From Dictyostelium discoideum (Eukaryota), in NCBI GenBank assembly GCA_000004695.1, contig CM000155.2, positions 192,001-256,000 of the forward strand: DNA of 64,000 bases. Direction: 5' to 3'. The stretch's first letter is position 1; each line of letters opens with the position of its first letter. The notes beneath the pieces were generated by a model. The model made no database searches and was not told the origin of the DNA. It saw only the letters and a program-made list of their open reading frames with translations. Below, in pieces: positions 22,264-38,588 of the stretch. Position numbers and translations under genes: made by a program.

Positions 22264-25200
22264 TTAATACCAACTACACCAACCAACATACATATTACAT
22301 AAATGTTTTGGATTAGTAGCTTCTTGAATTAAATGATTAACTTGACCTTCAATTGAAAGTTGTAAACCAACTGTTGGAATGCCTTGTAATGTTGCACTAA
22401 TTCTTTTTAAAATTTCAACTGCTTGATCATTTTCAACTTCACCAAAATGAGTATTATTATTATTATTAGAGTTTTGATTTTTCTTGTCAAATAATATAAG
22501 AAAAGGATCATAGATAAAGTTTTCCAAAACACGAAGTAAAACCTCTTTATTTGATCTAAGAACTCTTAATGTATTTTCACAAACTGTTTTGAATGTACCT
22601 TCAACACCTAAAACTCCGAAAACATCTACCATATTACGAGTTAAACGGAATGGTACTCTCTCTGGAACAGTAAAAGTTTCACCTTTCCAAAACAAGCAAT
22701 TGTAATCGATATGAACACATTCACCAGTAATTGAATCCAATAGAATATTTTCAGTATGACGATCACCCAAACCCAATACACTACCAACCATTGACATGAT
22801 GGCACAAGATCGAGCAAATGCATCTCTTGCATCTAACCAAGCAGAAGGCTCAGGGAAATTTGTAATGAAATGTTTATGTAGTACTGGTGGGAAGAATCTA
22901 TTGAAATCTTCAAAGAGATCTAGATAATGTTTCTCCTTTTTAGCGTTTACCATTTGATTAAATCTATCGATGCCTATAGTATCCATAGTTTCATAAATAC
23001 CACCAAGAATGGAACGTAAGGTGGCAGTATTTGAAACCCATTCAATGATACCACTCTCTTCGTTGAATGGAATTACAGTGTAAGTTCTAATCTTTAGATT
23101 ACGTTTTCTACAAGCTGGATCCTTCTTTATGAGCTTATTGACCATTGTATTGAATTCCATAACACGTTGATCTTTTCTAAGGTCATCATTTGGTTTGAGG
23201 AGGAAACTGTATCTATTACCTTGACGATCGTTAACATTGATTTTCTTTGGGCCTTGAAGGGATGGCATAATATCGATTTGATCTTCGAATGAACCAATCA
23301 AAGGTAATGAACCAAATGCTGGATAGGATTTATCAGGTTTACCATTTGGTGGTAAACTAACATTTAAAGAGGATTGAAGTGGTAAGATAACGGTTAGATC
23401 TTTCATTTCATAGAGTTTCTTAAAGATTTCAGACATTTTTATACTATATCTTTTATTGGCTTTCTTTGGATGATTTGAAACTGCGAGCAATTGTGCACAC
23501 AATAGAATGGTTTCATCTTGATTCTTTTTGATTGCATCAGTTTTTCTGGCTTTTTCTAAACAAGTACGTGCTCTTTGTTTTCTAATGGATGAACTGGAAC
23601 GATATTGCATCATCATGATCCAAATCGATTGTTTTGGAAACTCTATCATTGTCCTTATAATGATTTTTTCCAATATTAACCATGTATCAGTGTTTTTATG
23701 ACAGATTCTTGAGGCAACCTGTGATAAAAACATTAACCAATTTGAGGCAGGTACATCCAACTCTAGTTTTGACATTGCTTTCTTTATGGATTCCAATGAA
23801 TCAGAGGTAACTTTTGTTGATTTCTCTGGAATTTTAAAATCACTAAATATTACACCAAGTTCACACCATAATGCTATAATTCTAGTTAATGTTTGATAAA
23901 TATAAGAATGGCCTAATATAACCGCTTGACCATAGGATGAAATGATATTTCTAGTATAATCGACATAGGAAACACTATCTAATGGAGGTGAATTTGGTGA
24001 ATTTTGATTAACCCTCTTAAGATTTGATAAAAGTGAATCATAATATCTACCTAGGAAAAAGAAACCTTTCTCCCATTCAAAAGCTGTTGCACTTGAATAA
24101 TGTTCAGTTAGCTCTGAATGATGAGTAATACCACATTGTTGTTTCCATCTTGCAATTAATAAATGAGTTTTTGAAATTATAAATAAATCTTCTTGTGGTA
24201 AACCTAATAATGATAATTTACTACCATTATTAATATTAATATTACTACTACTATTATTACTACTGTTATTATTACTATTAATTATTGGATTCCATTTATT
24301 TTTTAATTCTTGAGTTAAAATATTAATTGCTTCAAAACTATGACCTTGATTCCACATTAATTTTGCATGTTCAATGAAATAGAATTTATCTTGTTGTGAT
24401 GGTGTTGGTTTTAAAATTGCATTTAAAGAGAGTTCAAACTTTTTATCATGTCTTGCATACTTTCCAATTTTCATCCAACAATCAATAACTTCTTTCGAGA
24501 ATGAACCAATCTCTAAGATCTCTCTACGAACACTAAGAATACTTTCTCTAAGTTTAAATGATGGTTGAATAATTTTTAATCTATCATCCCATTCAGATAA
24601 TAATTTCTTTAACATTTGTTGTTTTTGAACATTATTATTATTACTATTGTTATTATTACCAATATTATTATTATTATTTGTAATTGTAACATTTTCAATT
24701 GGAATTACATTATAATGAATTAATTTATAACTTTGTTCAATTTCTTCAAGGATATGTGCTTGAATTAAGTAAGGATAACATCTTTGATAAGAATCTAAAG
24801 CTGAACCATTTAAAAGTTGAGCTAAAAATGATCTACATTGGAATAGGTTTGAATTAAATTCTTTTTCTTGTTTTTTAACCAATGAATATAAAATTCTACC
24901 CAAATATGCTTCAAAATTTGGTTCATGTGTTTGAGATAATGTTTCATCAATTTTATCCCAATGTGATAATCTCCAAGATGATTGAATTTTAATGGTACCA
25001 AGTTTAGATTGATCTTTATTAGTTAACCATGGTTCTTGTTTTAAACCTTCAATTTGAAGTAATAATGATTCATGTTGACCTAAATTGAATAGACAATTGA
25101 GTGCTCCAATTCTAAGATCCATATTAATTGGTGATCTTTCCAATGCAGTATTATAATAAAGTAATGCATCACCCCAAAATCCTTGACTTTCCAATTCAAC

Positions 25201-25386
25201 TATCTTTTCTTCATTCGATGGTGAACCAACTCTCTTATGAGATAAACCTATTAAACCATCAATATCATCCATTTCATGATAAATCTTTTGTAATAATTGT
25301 AAATTATTATTTAATGCTAATTCTCTAGCACTTGCCATTGAAGCTGGTTGTGATGAATTTAATATTGGAATTTGTTGTTGTTGAAC

Positions 25387-25429
<43 letters not shown>

Positions 25430-27848
25430 GGTTGTTGTTGTTGAAGTTGTTGTTGATATTGTAAATTTTGTTGTTGCATATTTAATTGTAGATTTAATTG
25501 ATGTTGTTGTTGTTGTTGTTTTAATATTTGACTAGTTTCATTTCTAATTAATGATTCCATATAACTTAATGATGTAGATAATGCACCACATCTATAGGAA
25601 GCAAAAGCTAAAATTTTCTCTGGAATACCATTTAAGAAACGTTCAATTACGACAACATCTGGTGGAGATTCCAACTTTTTTGATTTTCCTTTTTGAGAGG
25701 CTGTTCTTTGTTGTTGAGTTAGAAAATATTTTCTCTTTCTAACATCGATCCAATTGTTTAGACTATTGATTACATGAAAAATGATTTGAGTACAAATTTG
25801 ACCATTATCAGTACTAAGATCTGTATTATTATTTAATACCTCTAAAATTTCATTCTTTATTGATTGAATATCACTCTCTCTACCATATTCAATGATATTT
25901 AAAATTACCAATGGTAAAAGATAATGACAAATCTTTAAATCATCCTTTATAATACCACGACATGCCATAAATATTGAATCTAAATCATTATTTGCTGAAC
26001 CTGGTGAACCTTTAGTTTTAAATAATAAATCAGATAACCAACTTGTTATCCATTTTTTATAAGTCATATTTGAACCATAAAAACATGATGATGAACCAGA
26101 TGAACTAACACCATTACCACCACCATTACCATTACCACCACCACCACCAACTAAATTATTATTCTTTTTTGAAAATAAAGGTAACATATATTCTGAAGAA
26201 TAATATGGTTTAATTATATCATTACATTCATTTGATAATTTCTCTGATAATTTTGTATCTTGACAACATTTTAAAATCTCTTGAATTGCATAACCTGCTC
26301 TATCTTGTGGAGTTGGATTACTTGGTGAAAGAACAAACTTTGCTAAATATTTCTCAATTAATTCTGCAGCGATTTGAACTTTATCCTTTTCAGCGGTTGA
26401 TTGATTTCTAAGACTAAAATCTAATTTCACAGGATCAATTGCACCCAATTCACCAAGACATGTTAAGAAATTTACACTTAACTTTAAGTATGGATCTCTA
26501 CAACCAATTAATAAAGATTTAACCAAATCATTTATTAAAATTGGATCAGAATCTAATTGAATCATTTCATGAATTATAGATTTATTGGCTGATAATAATT
26601 CTTTTAATTTATTGGTTGACATAAGTTTAACTTCAATCGATTCATTTGAGAATAATTCCATCAATTGTTTAATTTGAGTAGTTAAATTTGCTGAACTAGA
26701 TTCTAACTCTTGAATGTAAGGTTTTAAGACTGTATATTCCTTTGGTAGGAAAGGAATAGTTTTAAAATAAGGTTTTAAAATAGTACGATTCTTTATAATT
26801 AAATAATCGAAAATTAATAAAGATTTCTCTGGATATGATTGTACAAATGGTAAAATTGAGAATACAATTTGATTTAATATTGGACCAATACTATCTAATT
26901 TTAATAATTGAATAAAAGTAAACCAAGCATCGATTGCAATCTCCTCCATTGGCGTTTTAATTGCTAATCTTAAGAATGCCATAATCTTTGGTCTGAATAA
27001 ATCCACAGATTGACCCATTAAACCCAATAAACGATGAAAACTGGTCATCATTGTTAACTTTTCTTGAGTACTCTTTTGTTTATTTGTCATTATCATGGTA
27101 AAGAAATTCATTGATCCTAAAAATTCCTTAATTAAGAATTTGTCAAATGTCATATCACCACCAACGAATTGACTAACATAATCTAAAGCTTTCTTTGCTT
27201 GTTGACCATCACCATTGGCCAAATTCAATATAAGCGAATTGATAAATGATTTTGGTAAATTTGAAACCACTGCATCTTGATTGAAATCTGCAAAACGACA
27301 AAAGCATATAATGCAACTTGTTAAATTCTCCACACTGGTAGCATGAATGAAAATATATTCAAATATTAATCCCATTAAATAATCTTGACCACAAAGTTCT
27401 TTTAAATCTTTTAATTCATCTTTTAAACAATTTAAAATATTATTTGAACTCTTGAAAATTAATACTGGTATAACAGTTGGTAAAGATGAAATTAAAAATT
27501 GATTCAACCCTATCCCTAAAAAGTATCTACATAATTCCACCAATGATTGTCTATTTGTATAAAGATTTTCAATAATTCTTGGATTTATATATTGTGCCAT
27601 ATTTGTCATCATTAAAGTTTTTGGTGTTTGATTTAATTTCTTTGCAATAAATTCAATGGTTTCAATTGAATTAACTTTAATTGTTGTTTGTCTTGATAAA
27701 TTTTCAATTAAAGTACAAAATATAATTAAAATAAAATCATTTGAATAAATTTTATCTTGCCATGTTATTGAATCATTATTTGTTGTCGTTGTATTATTAT
27801 TATTTAGTTGATTATTATGTGATGAACTTGAAGATGATAATTGTTGAA

Positions 27849-27882
<34 letters not shown>

Positions 27883-28707
27883 TAATGAATTATTTAAAAT
27901 ATATTGATCTTTTTGTGATTGAATTATTAAATTTGCAATTTTTTTTAATAAATATAAAATTGAAAATAAAATATCCTCCCTTTCACTTTTATTTGAATAA
28001 AGTGGATGTAATTGATAAAAGAAATTTGTTAAAACATCTGGATTAGTTTGATAATTAAATTTTAACATTGAAATTATAATCTTTATAACTGATTTTCTAA
28101 TGATATCATTTCTATTTGCCGATAAAAGATTTAAATAAAATTTAAAGAAACCTTCAATCGATGTTGATGGTAATGGTGAATTATGAATTAAAATATTTTT
28201 AAATGTGAATCCCAAATAAAAATATTTTATCGAAGAATCATGATCACCATCACCACCACCACTAGTCATCATTGAAGTATCATTATCCAAATCGGAATTT
28301 TGACCGTCATGATATTCCAAAAATAATTTTGAAAATAAAATATTCTCTTTATATTTTGATTCTAAAATTAAAATTTGTTCATTATTATTCGTTTTATCAA
28401 TATCCATTATTGTTTCATCTTTTTCATTATTATTATTATTATTGTTTGATGGTGGTGATTTATGAATTGGTCTATAAGGTTTTAAATTTAAATCAACAAT
28501 ATTTGTATTTAATACTGATGAAACTGTAACACATTTACAAGAACATAATGGTAACCAAACACCTTCAAAAATACCACAACCAACTAAATTATTATAATTT
28601 GATAGTAATGGGTCGATTTTAATTCTATTATTTTTAGTATCAGTAAATCTTTGGAGCAGAATAGAGTTATTTATTATTATAAGGTTATTTTGTTCTTGAA
28701 TATTATT

Positions 28708-28752
<45 letters not shown>

Positions 28753-29270
28753 ATTGTTGTTGTTATTGTTTAAGTAAGTACATCTATTTAGATTCTCAAA
28801 GAAACAATAACCTTCCTTCAAACAATATAAACTACCACCAATTACACCAACCATATCTAAAATTAAACTTGTAACATTTAAATCTATTATTGACTCTAAT
28901 CTCTTTATAATGTCATTACACATGATTTGATATTGATGATTGGTTGAAATGGTTGCTAAAGAATTAACTGGTGACATATTTGAAATGAATACTGGCAATA
29001 ATTTTATAACATTAATTAAATAATTTTGATCTAATTTTGATAAATATTTTTCGCCCTTATTATTATTATTATTATTACGTTGTTGTTGTTGACTAGCACT
29101 TATAGCTTGTGAATCACCCATTGAAGATGATGTATCACTTGATATATTAACTAAAATCGGACTACTTGATACGATAGTTGGATTATTTTTATTTGATTCA
29201 CCAACATTTTGTTGACTTGAACTTTTATCTGTTGTTGTAGCTGTAGTTGTTGTTGTGTTTGTAGTAGCAG

Positions 29271-29323
<53 letters not shown>

Positions 29324-29895
29324 GAGTTCACCAATGATTTATTTAATGATAAAGTTGATAAAACAATATCAACTCTTTCATTAACATAATATGAGCATGG
29401 TAACCAACAAACTAAAGAGAAAGAGATCACTTTAATTGAATTAATTATTTCAGCATACTTTGTTAAATTAAATATTGTTGAATGATTTGTTACGATTGTT
29501 GATAATTTAAATAATGATTCTAATAATTGTTCATTTGATTTTAATGTTGAAATTCTATGTAAATATTCAATCTCTACAGTACTTGATAATTTTAATAAAT
29601 CCATTAAAACCTCTAAAAATAAATTATCAAGTTCTTTTTGCTATAATTGAATAATTATTAAAAATTAATATGAAATAAATATATTTATAAAAAAAAAAAA
29701 AAAAGTGGTAGGGATATTATTTTAAAAAAAAAACACTTACTTGAATTATTAAATCATAAATAAAATTTAAATTATTTATGAATAAATTAACTAATTCTTT
29801 TACTGAAACTCTATTATGATGATTTTTACAAATTTTAAAAATGAGATGAAGTGCTTTTAAATAAATTCTAATTGATTTTTGTTGTTCTATTGTTG

Positions 29896-29927
<32 letters not shown>

Positions 29928-32083
29928 GAATCTTCTGTAATACTTTTTTGATTTTCAATTTGTTTATTATTAACATTTTCACTAGTACCACCAGCACCAC
30001 CATCACCATCATCTTTTTCAATATTTTCAGTATTATTATCTATATTCTTATCCTTTACTGAATTTGTAACTGTTGATATACTTTCATAAATATTTGAAAT
30101 ATTTAAACAATTTGAATAATCAATTAATGTATTTAAAATCTCTAATGATATATCAATATCAGTATCATCATCATCATCATCAGTATCAATTAAATAGGAT
30201 TGATTAATAACATAATCAAAACATTGATATAATTTATCATGAATACCTTCATCACCAAATAAAGGTACTAAATTATAAATAGATTTAAATTGTAATTCTG
30301 ATAATTTTAATATATTTAAATAAATATCTAAAATTGAAACCTATTATTTTAATATTTTAATTATAATTATTAGTAATTGATTAAATAATTTTTAAAAAGA
30401 AATAAAAAATAATATATATATATATATATATATATATTACCTTTAATTCTGTTAAATTTGTATTATTAATAATAAATAAAATATTTGGTAAAATGATTGA
30501 AGAGAAATCAAATAATGTTGAACTTGGTACATTTGAAAATAATAATGGTATGATTGAGGTTAATTTTATGTCAATCTCTTCCCTTCTCTTTGAACAATCC
30601 TTATCATTGAGTAACATACTCATTGGTAATAAAACATTAAAAAATTGACCAACAATATTATTATATAATAATGCAGGTATTTGATTTGATGATAATTTTA
30701 ATAATTTTTCAAATAAAACTAATAAAGACTAAAATATTGAAAAATTAGTATATGCTTTAATAATAAAGTAGTTTAATTAATACATACATAAATAAAATTT
30801 GCCATATATTTAAATGAAGAAAGTTTTAAATCATTTAATAAAAATAGATATTGTGATAAAACATCCCAAAGGTCAATTGATACTGAATATAAAATTGGTG
30901 AAAAATTATCAATGACACTACTAATCGATACTAATAAACCATATTGAAGATTAATTAAACGATTAATAGATGATATTACAATAATAACACCTTCATCAAT
31001 TGATTTACTATTATCATCATTACTATTACTCTTTTCTTTTTCAATATTCTTATCTTTTTCACTATTATTATTATTATTATTATTATTGTTGTTATTTTTA
31101 GAATATTGATTAAATGCCATTTCAGTTTGTACTAATAAATCTAAAGATTGATAATGTTTTGAATAACTACTTGTATTACCTGTTGTATTTGAATTTATAA
31201 TTACTGAACTCGATAATTCACAATATGTTTTTAATACCATTGGAAATATTGATTTTTCTTGTTCTTGTTGATTATTACTACTATTTAAACATTTAATAAA
31301 ATCAATGCAATCTATATATATATATATATAAAATAAATATATTTTAGTACGATATAATTGGTAATGAAAACATAACTATTATATAATGTTTAATTTACCT
31401 TTAAATAAACAAATTGTTTCTTTAAAAAATAATAATAAAACATTTGCATCATCATTTAAGAAGTTTAACATTGCTTTTATTGCAGTGATTAAATTCTCTG
31501 TAAATTCTTCATTCTCATCCAATTGTTGATGTTGTTGACTACAAATGTTTGTTGATGATTTATGTGAGAGAAAAGGTATCAATTTGAATAAGAAAAAGCA
31601 AATATCACCACTACTATCGCCAATTGCTAAACTACTATTTGGAATTTTCTCAATTAAATAACTAATTAATTTTACAATTTGATTTATATCACTTATACTT
31701 GCAGTTGATACTAAATGTGAATTTATTAATTCTGGTAATATTGATCTAATTCGTGATATATATAATTCATATTTTTGTTGTATTTTATGTGTAGTTTTAT
31801 TTTGTTGTTGTTGTTGTTTATTATTATTTGTGACTGATGTTGTGTCTAAATCTTTTTTATTATTTTTATCATCTACTATTGAATCTTTACTTAAATTGAT
31901 TGGATGATTTTGTGAATTATATTCATTACCACCTAATTGTTGAATTTCAATAATTAGGCTTACTAAATTTGAAATGAGTGATTCTTTCTCATTTTGTTCT
32001 TTTTCTTGTCTTTCTCTTTCTAATTGTTGTTGATATTGTTGTTGTTGTTGTCGTTGTTGTTCTTGAAATTGCTCACTAGGCAT
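22264..32083 (-). CDS. atr1: ATR/Mec1/Rad3-type PIKK checkpoint kinase, about 3156 aa: complement(join(22264..29640,29740..30336,30441..30728,30788..31311,31399..32083))
   Basis: The C-terminal exon carries the PI3K-like kinase ([11 protein letters not shown]...HIDYNCLF...DFG) and the FATC tail ...[13 protein letters not shown], which matches the ATR tail ...LCQMYIGWCPFW, with FAT/UME-like helical repeats upstream. Upstream exons were rebuilt from donors GTAAGTG, GTAATATATAT, GTATGTATT and GTAAATT and acceptors ttatag, aataatag, tattttag and tatatatag, with all phases and exon lengths consistent. ATG at 32081-32083 ([15 protein letters not shown]...). The internal exon 29740..30336 has no ATG/TTG, which explains its absence from the ORF track. 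Confidence 0.85.
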
Positions 32084-32491
32084 ATTATATAAATATATAT
32101 TAATAAATAAAAAATTAAAGATCGGAAATGTAAAAAAAAAAAAAAAAGTTAAACAGTGAAAAAAAAAAAAAAAAAAATGAAAAAAAAAAAAAAAAAAAAA
32201 AAAAAAGAATTTAAAATTAAATAATTAATTTCTAAGAAAAAAAAAGATTTTAAGAAAATTAAAAACAATGATTTTATTATCTATTTTTAAAAAATAAATG
32301 ATTTATTTATTTTATTTAATTTTTTTTTTTTTTTTTTTCCTCTGTTTGTTTAATATTCTTTTTTTTAAAATACATCTTATTAAATTGTTTGATCTCGATT
32401 TGGTTTATTTTTTATTATTATTATTATCATTAGAATTGAAAACTTCTAAATAATATTTTCAACTCTTTTTTTTTTTTTTTTTTTTTTTCCC

Positions 32492-33088
32492 CTAAGAGAG
32501 TACAAAAATTTTTAAAAGGGCTAATAATGTTGCAAATAATAAACCTAGTAAAGATTTTTTAGAATTTTGATTTCTATCTATATCATTTGACATTGAAGAA
32601 GATGATGATAAAACTCTAATTGAACCAAGCATTGTTTGATTATGATATTTACAATGATACGTGTAAATACCTTCACGAGTGAAAGTTACTGAATGTTTAC
32701 TTTTTGTATAAGAATCTTTTGAAAATGTTGATGAATTTATAATTTGAAAATATTTATTATTACTATTAGTATAATAATTTAAATTTGCATTATTATTTAT
32801 CTCTTTACTATTAATTTGGTTCATCAATATCTCTTCTTTATTAACTATATCAATTGATCTAATTGATGTAACTGTATGTTGTAATCCATCTGTAGTTATC
32901 CATGTTACTGTGACGTGTGTATATATAGAATTAGTAATTTTATACATATATCAAAAATAATAATAATAATAATAATAATAAATTACCTTGATCACCAACA
33001 GATATTGTTATTTCTGATTCAATTGGGTTATCCCATTTTATAACTATATCACCTACAATATTTATATGTATAAATAAATTAATAACTA

Positions 33089-33123
<35 letters not shown>

Positions 33124-33239
33124 TAATTAAAATAATATTATTTTCTATACATTGAATTAAATTTATAAATATAAAAAATATAATCAAAAGATATAAAATT
33201 CTGCGTTTAAAAAATTTCCCGCCATTTTGATTTGATGAC
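32492..33239 (-). CDS. Secreted GPI-anchored type-1 blue-copper (cupredoxin/plastocyanin-like) protein, about 190 aa: complement(join(32492..32907,32985..33050,33149..33239))
   Basis: Exon 1 is a signal peptide, MSSNQNGGKFFKRRILYLLIIFFIFINLIQ(C), ending at donor T|GTATAG. Exon 2 follows a ttgtag acceptor: DIVIKWDNPIESEITISVGDQ(V), ending at donor G|GTAATT. Exon 3 follows a tcacag acceptor: TWITTDGLQHTVTS...FTREGIYTYHCKYHNQTMLGSIRV plus a Ser-rich stretch and hydrophobic C-terminus (GPI signal). Copper-ligand spacing His...Cys-x2-His-x3-Met is present. Confidence 0.7.
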
Positions 33240-33719
33240 ATAATGTGTGTAGTTTTTTTTTTTTTTTTTTTTTTGGTTTTTATTTTTATTTTTAGATTGA
33301 TTTTTGATTTTCGTTTGAAGTTAAAGTATGAATGTGTAACTTTGATTTAATTTTAATATGAGTTTTTTATTTTTTTATAATTTATGTTATTATAATTTGA
33401 TATATTTTTTATTCAAGTATCGCTAGTTTTTTTTTTTTGGTTTTTTTGGTTTTTTTTTTGGTTTTTTTTAAATGGGTTTTTTTTTTGGGTTTTTTTTTGG
33501 TTTTTTTTTTTGGATTAGTTTAGTTTTTGATAATAAATAGGAATAGGAACAATGAATTTTTTTTTTTTTTTTTTTATAAAATTTAAAAATAAAAATAAAA
33601 ATAAAAAAAAAAATAAAAAAAAAAATAAAAAAAAAAATATTGGTTATTTTTGCTCGTACTCGAAAAAAAAAAAAAAAAAATCCAAAAAAAAAAAAAAAAT
33701 CCAAAAAAAAAAAAAAATC

Positions 33720-33757
<38 letters not shown>

Positions 33758-34376
33758 AAAAATAATTATTTGGAAAGCCAACAATTGTGAATCTATTGGG
33801 GGGGAAAAAATTGATGGCTATTTTTTGTGTGTGATTGTAACTAATCTAATTTAAATCTATTATATTCAATATATATATATTTTTTTTTTTTTTAATTTTT
33901 TTTCTTTTTTTTTTTTTTTTTGAGTTTGATTTAGATTTAGATTTGGGTTTGGTATTAAAAAAAAAAAAATATAAAAAAAAAAAAAAAAAAAAAGTTATAA
34001 AACAAATGGGGTTGAAGTTGGACGAAAAATTTGAAATATGGCACTTCAAAAATCTTAATCTTTTTCAAAAAAAAAAAAAAAAAAAAAAAAAATAAAAAAA
34101 AATAAAAAAATAAAATAAAATAAAAAAAATAAAAAAAATAAAATTAAAAGACTTCACAGAAATTTTATATACAATTTTTATTTATTTTAACCAGGATTTC
34201 TTTTTCTCTGGGATTATTAAACTAAAATTTAAAAAATTTTTTTTTTTTCAATTTTTTTTTTTTCCAAAAAATGATTTTTTTTTTTAAACTTTTTGACCAA
34301 AAAAAAAAAATTAATTTTTAATTTTAATTTTTTAATTTAAATTTTTAAATTTTTTTTTTTTTTTTTTTTACCAAAC

Positions 34377-34426
<50 letters not shown>

Positions 34427-34724
34427 CTTTCTCTTTTCAAACACAAACAAAATCTCATTCAAATATTGCATCTATGTGTTAACTAACTATTTTATATCCA
34501 AATAGAATAAGTGTGATATCAACACATAGTTTATTTGTTTTTGTTTGTTTGTTTTTTTTTTTTTTTTGTCAGTAATAAAAAATAAAATAATAAAAAGAAA
34601 AAAAAACTTCAAACCTTTTTCTTTACTTTTCTTTTCTTTTCTTCTTTTTTTTTTTCATTTATAAACATAAATGAAAAACAAACAAATATAAATTTAAAAA
34701 GAAACATAAAAAAAAAAAAAAGAG

Positions 34725-36889
<2,165 letters not shown>

Positions 36890-36914
36890 ATTAAAAGTAA
36901 TAAAATTAATTAAT

Positions 36915-36957
<43 letters not shown>

Positions 36958-37174
36958 CTAAATATAGGCATAATTGCATTTAAACGAAAAATAATTAAAC
37001 GTTTAATTTTATTTTTTTATTTTTAATTTTATTTTTATTTTTTATTTTTCATTTTTTTTTTTTTTTGTGAAAATTTTTTTTATTTTTTTTTTTCTTTGTA
37101 AATACTTTTTTTTTTTTTTTTTTACTTTTATTTTTTTTAATTTTTTTTTTATTTTTTTAATAAAGAATATAAGA

Positions 37175-37567
37175 ATGTATAATAATAATAGAATTAATCA
37201 ATTTCAACAACAACAACAACAACAACAACAGCAACAACAACAAACACAATATAATACTCAATACTATGGACAATATCAACAACAAGGCCATATGATGGGT
37301 GGACATATGCAACAACATATGCAACATCCAAACCAATTTCAACAACATCATCTTCATCAACAACAAATGAGTATGATGGGTCATATGCCACAACAACAAC
37401 AACAACAACAATATGGTAGAGGATTTCCTCAACAAATGCAACAAATGCAACAACAACAACAAATGCAACAACAGCAACAACAGCAACAACAACAACAATC
37501 TGATAGGTTTGTATATTTATATTTTCATAATCTTAAGATTAACTCTATTATTTCACTCTTTTACTAA

Positions 37568-37604
<37 letters not shown>

Positions 37605-38588
37605 TTAATAAACCACCCAATAGTGATTTATCATTATATATAGGAGATTTAGCTACAGATGTAACAGATCAACAATTAATGAATGCATTTCAAGGTAGAT
37701 ATCCATCAGTTAGAAGTGCAAGGGTAATTATGGATAGTGCAACAGGTATATCAAGAGGATATGGTTTTGTAAAATTTGCAAGTGATGTTGAAAAAGATAA
37801 AGCACTCATTGATATGAATGGTTTCTATATAAATAATAAACCAATTAAAGTAAATAATCCAACTCATAAAAGATTAAATAGTCAAACCTCAACAATACCT
37901 GATTTAACTTCAACCGATCCAAATAATACTGCAATTTATGTTTCACAATTAGATCATTATATTGATGAAGGTGTTTTACAAACGTATTGTATATTTAAAA
38001 AAAAAAATACACAAAAGGGTATACTACTAATATTTAATTTTTTTTATAATTTTTTTTAGTATTTTTGGAGCATATGGTGAAATATCATATATTAAAATGT
38101 TAACAAATAAGTTTAGTGCATTTGTTAATTTTGTAAATAGAGAATCAGCAGAAGCTGCATTTGGTTTAAATAATTTTCCAGTTGGTAATACACGTTTAAA
38201 GGTTCAATGGGGTAAAAATGTTGCTCCACCACCAAAATCACCACCAATGACACCAACTAATATTGCTGTTAACATTAATACACCTCCAATATTTTCAACA
38301 AATATATCTTCAACGTCATCACCCTCTTCACATAGTGTTGTTGTAGTTAGTAGTAGTGGTGGTGGTGGTGGTGGTGGTGGTGGTGGTGGTACAATTAATT
38401 TCAATGAAACTTCAATTAACAATAACAACAACAACAATGATGGTAATATAAATAATAGTAATATAAATAATAATAGTAATATAAATAACAATAATAATGT
38501 TAATAATAATAATAATAATAAACCGAATGGAGTTTCAATTAATAATGATAAAAACAATTCAAGTATTTACGATCCACACTATACATAG
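37175..38588 (+). CDS. TIA1/TIAR/PUB1-like RNA-binding protein (poly-Q N-terminus plus two RRMs plus Gly/Asn-rich tail): join(37175..37506,37624..37983,38060..38588)
   Basis: Exon 1 reads MYNNNRINQFQQQQQ...SD plus AG at a GTTTGT donor. Exon 2 follows a cccaatag acceptor: SDLSLYIGDLATDVTDQQLMNAFQGRYPSVRSARVIMDSATGISRGYGFVKFASDVEKDKALIDMNGFYINNKPIKVN, which is RRM with RNP1 RGYGFVKF and aligns to TIA1 RRM2; donor AC|GTATTG. Exon 3 follows a tttttttag acceptor: (T)IFGAYGEISYIKMLTNKFSAFVNFVNRESAEAAFGLNNFPVGNTRLKVQWGKN, which aligns to TIA1 RRM3 (...KCYWGKE). The poly-T-derived N-terminal Met of ORF 37067 was rejected; the true ATG is at 37175. Confidence 0.8.

Noticed and set aside
37067-37174. 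N-terminal extension MKIFFIFFFLCKYFFFF... of the RRM gene ORF
   Set aside because: It is poly-T read-through. The first ATG with coding-like context is at 37175 (MYNNNRINQF...).
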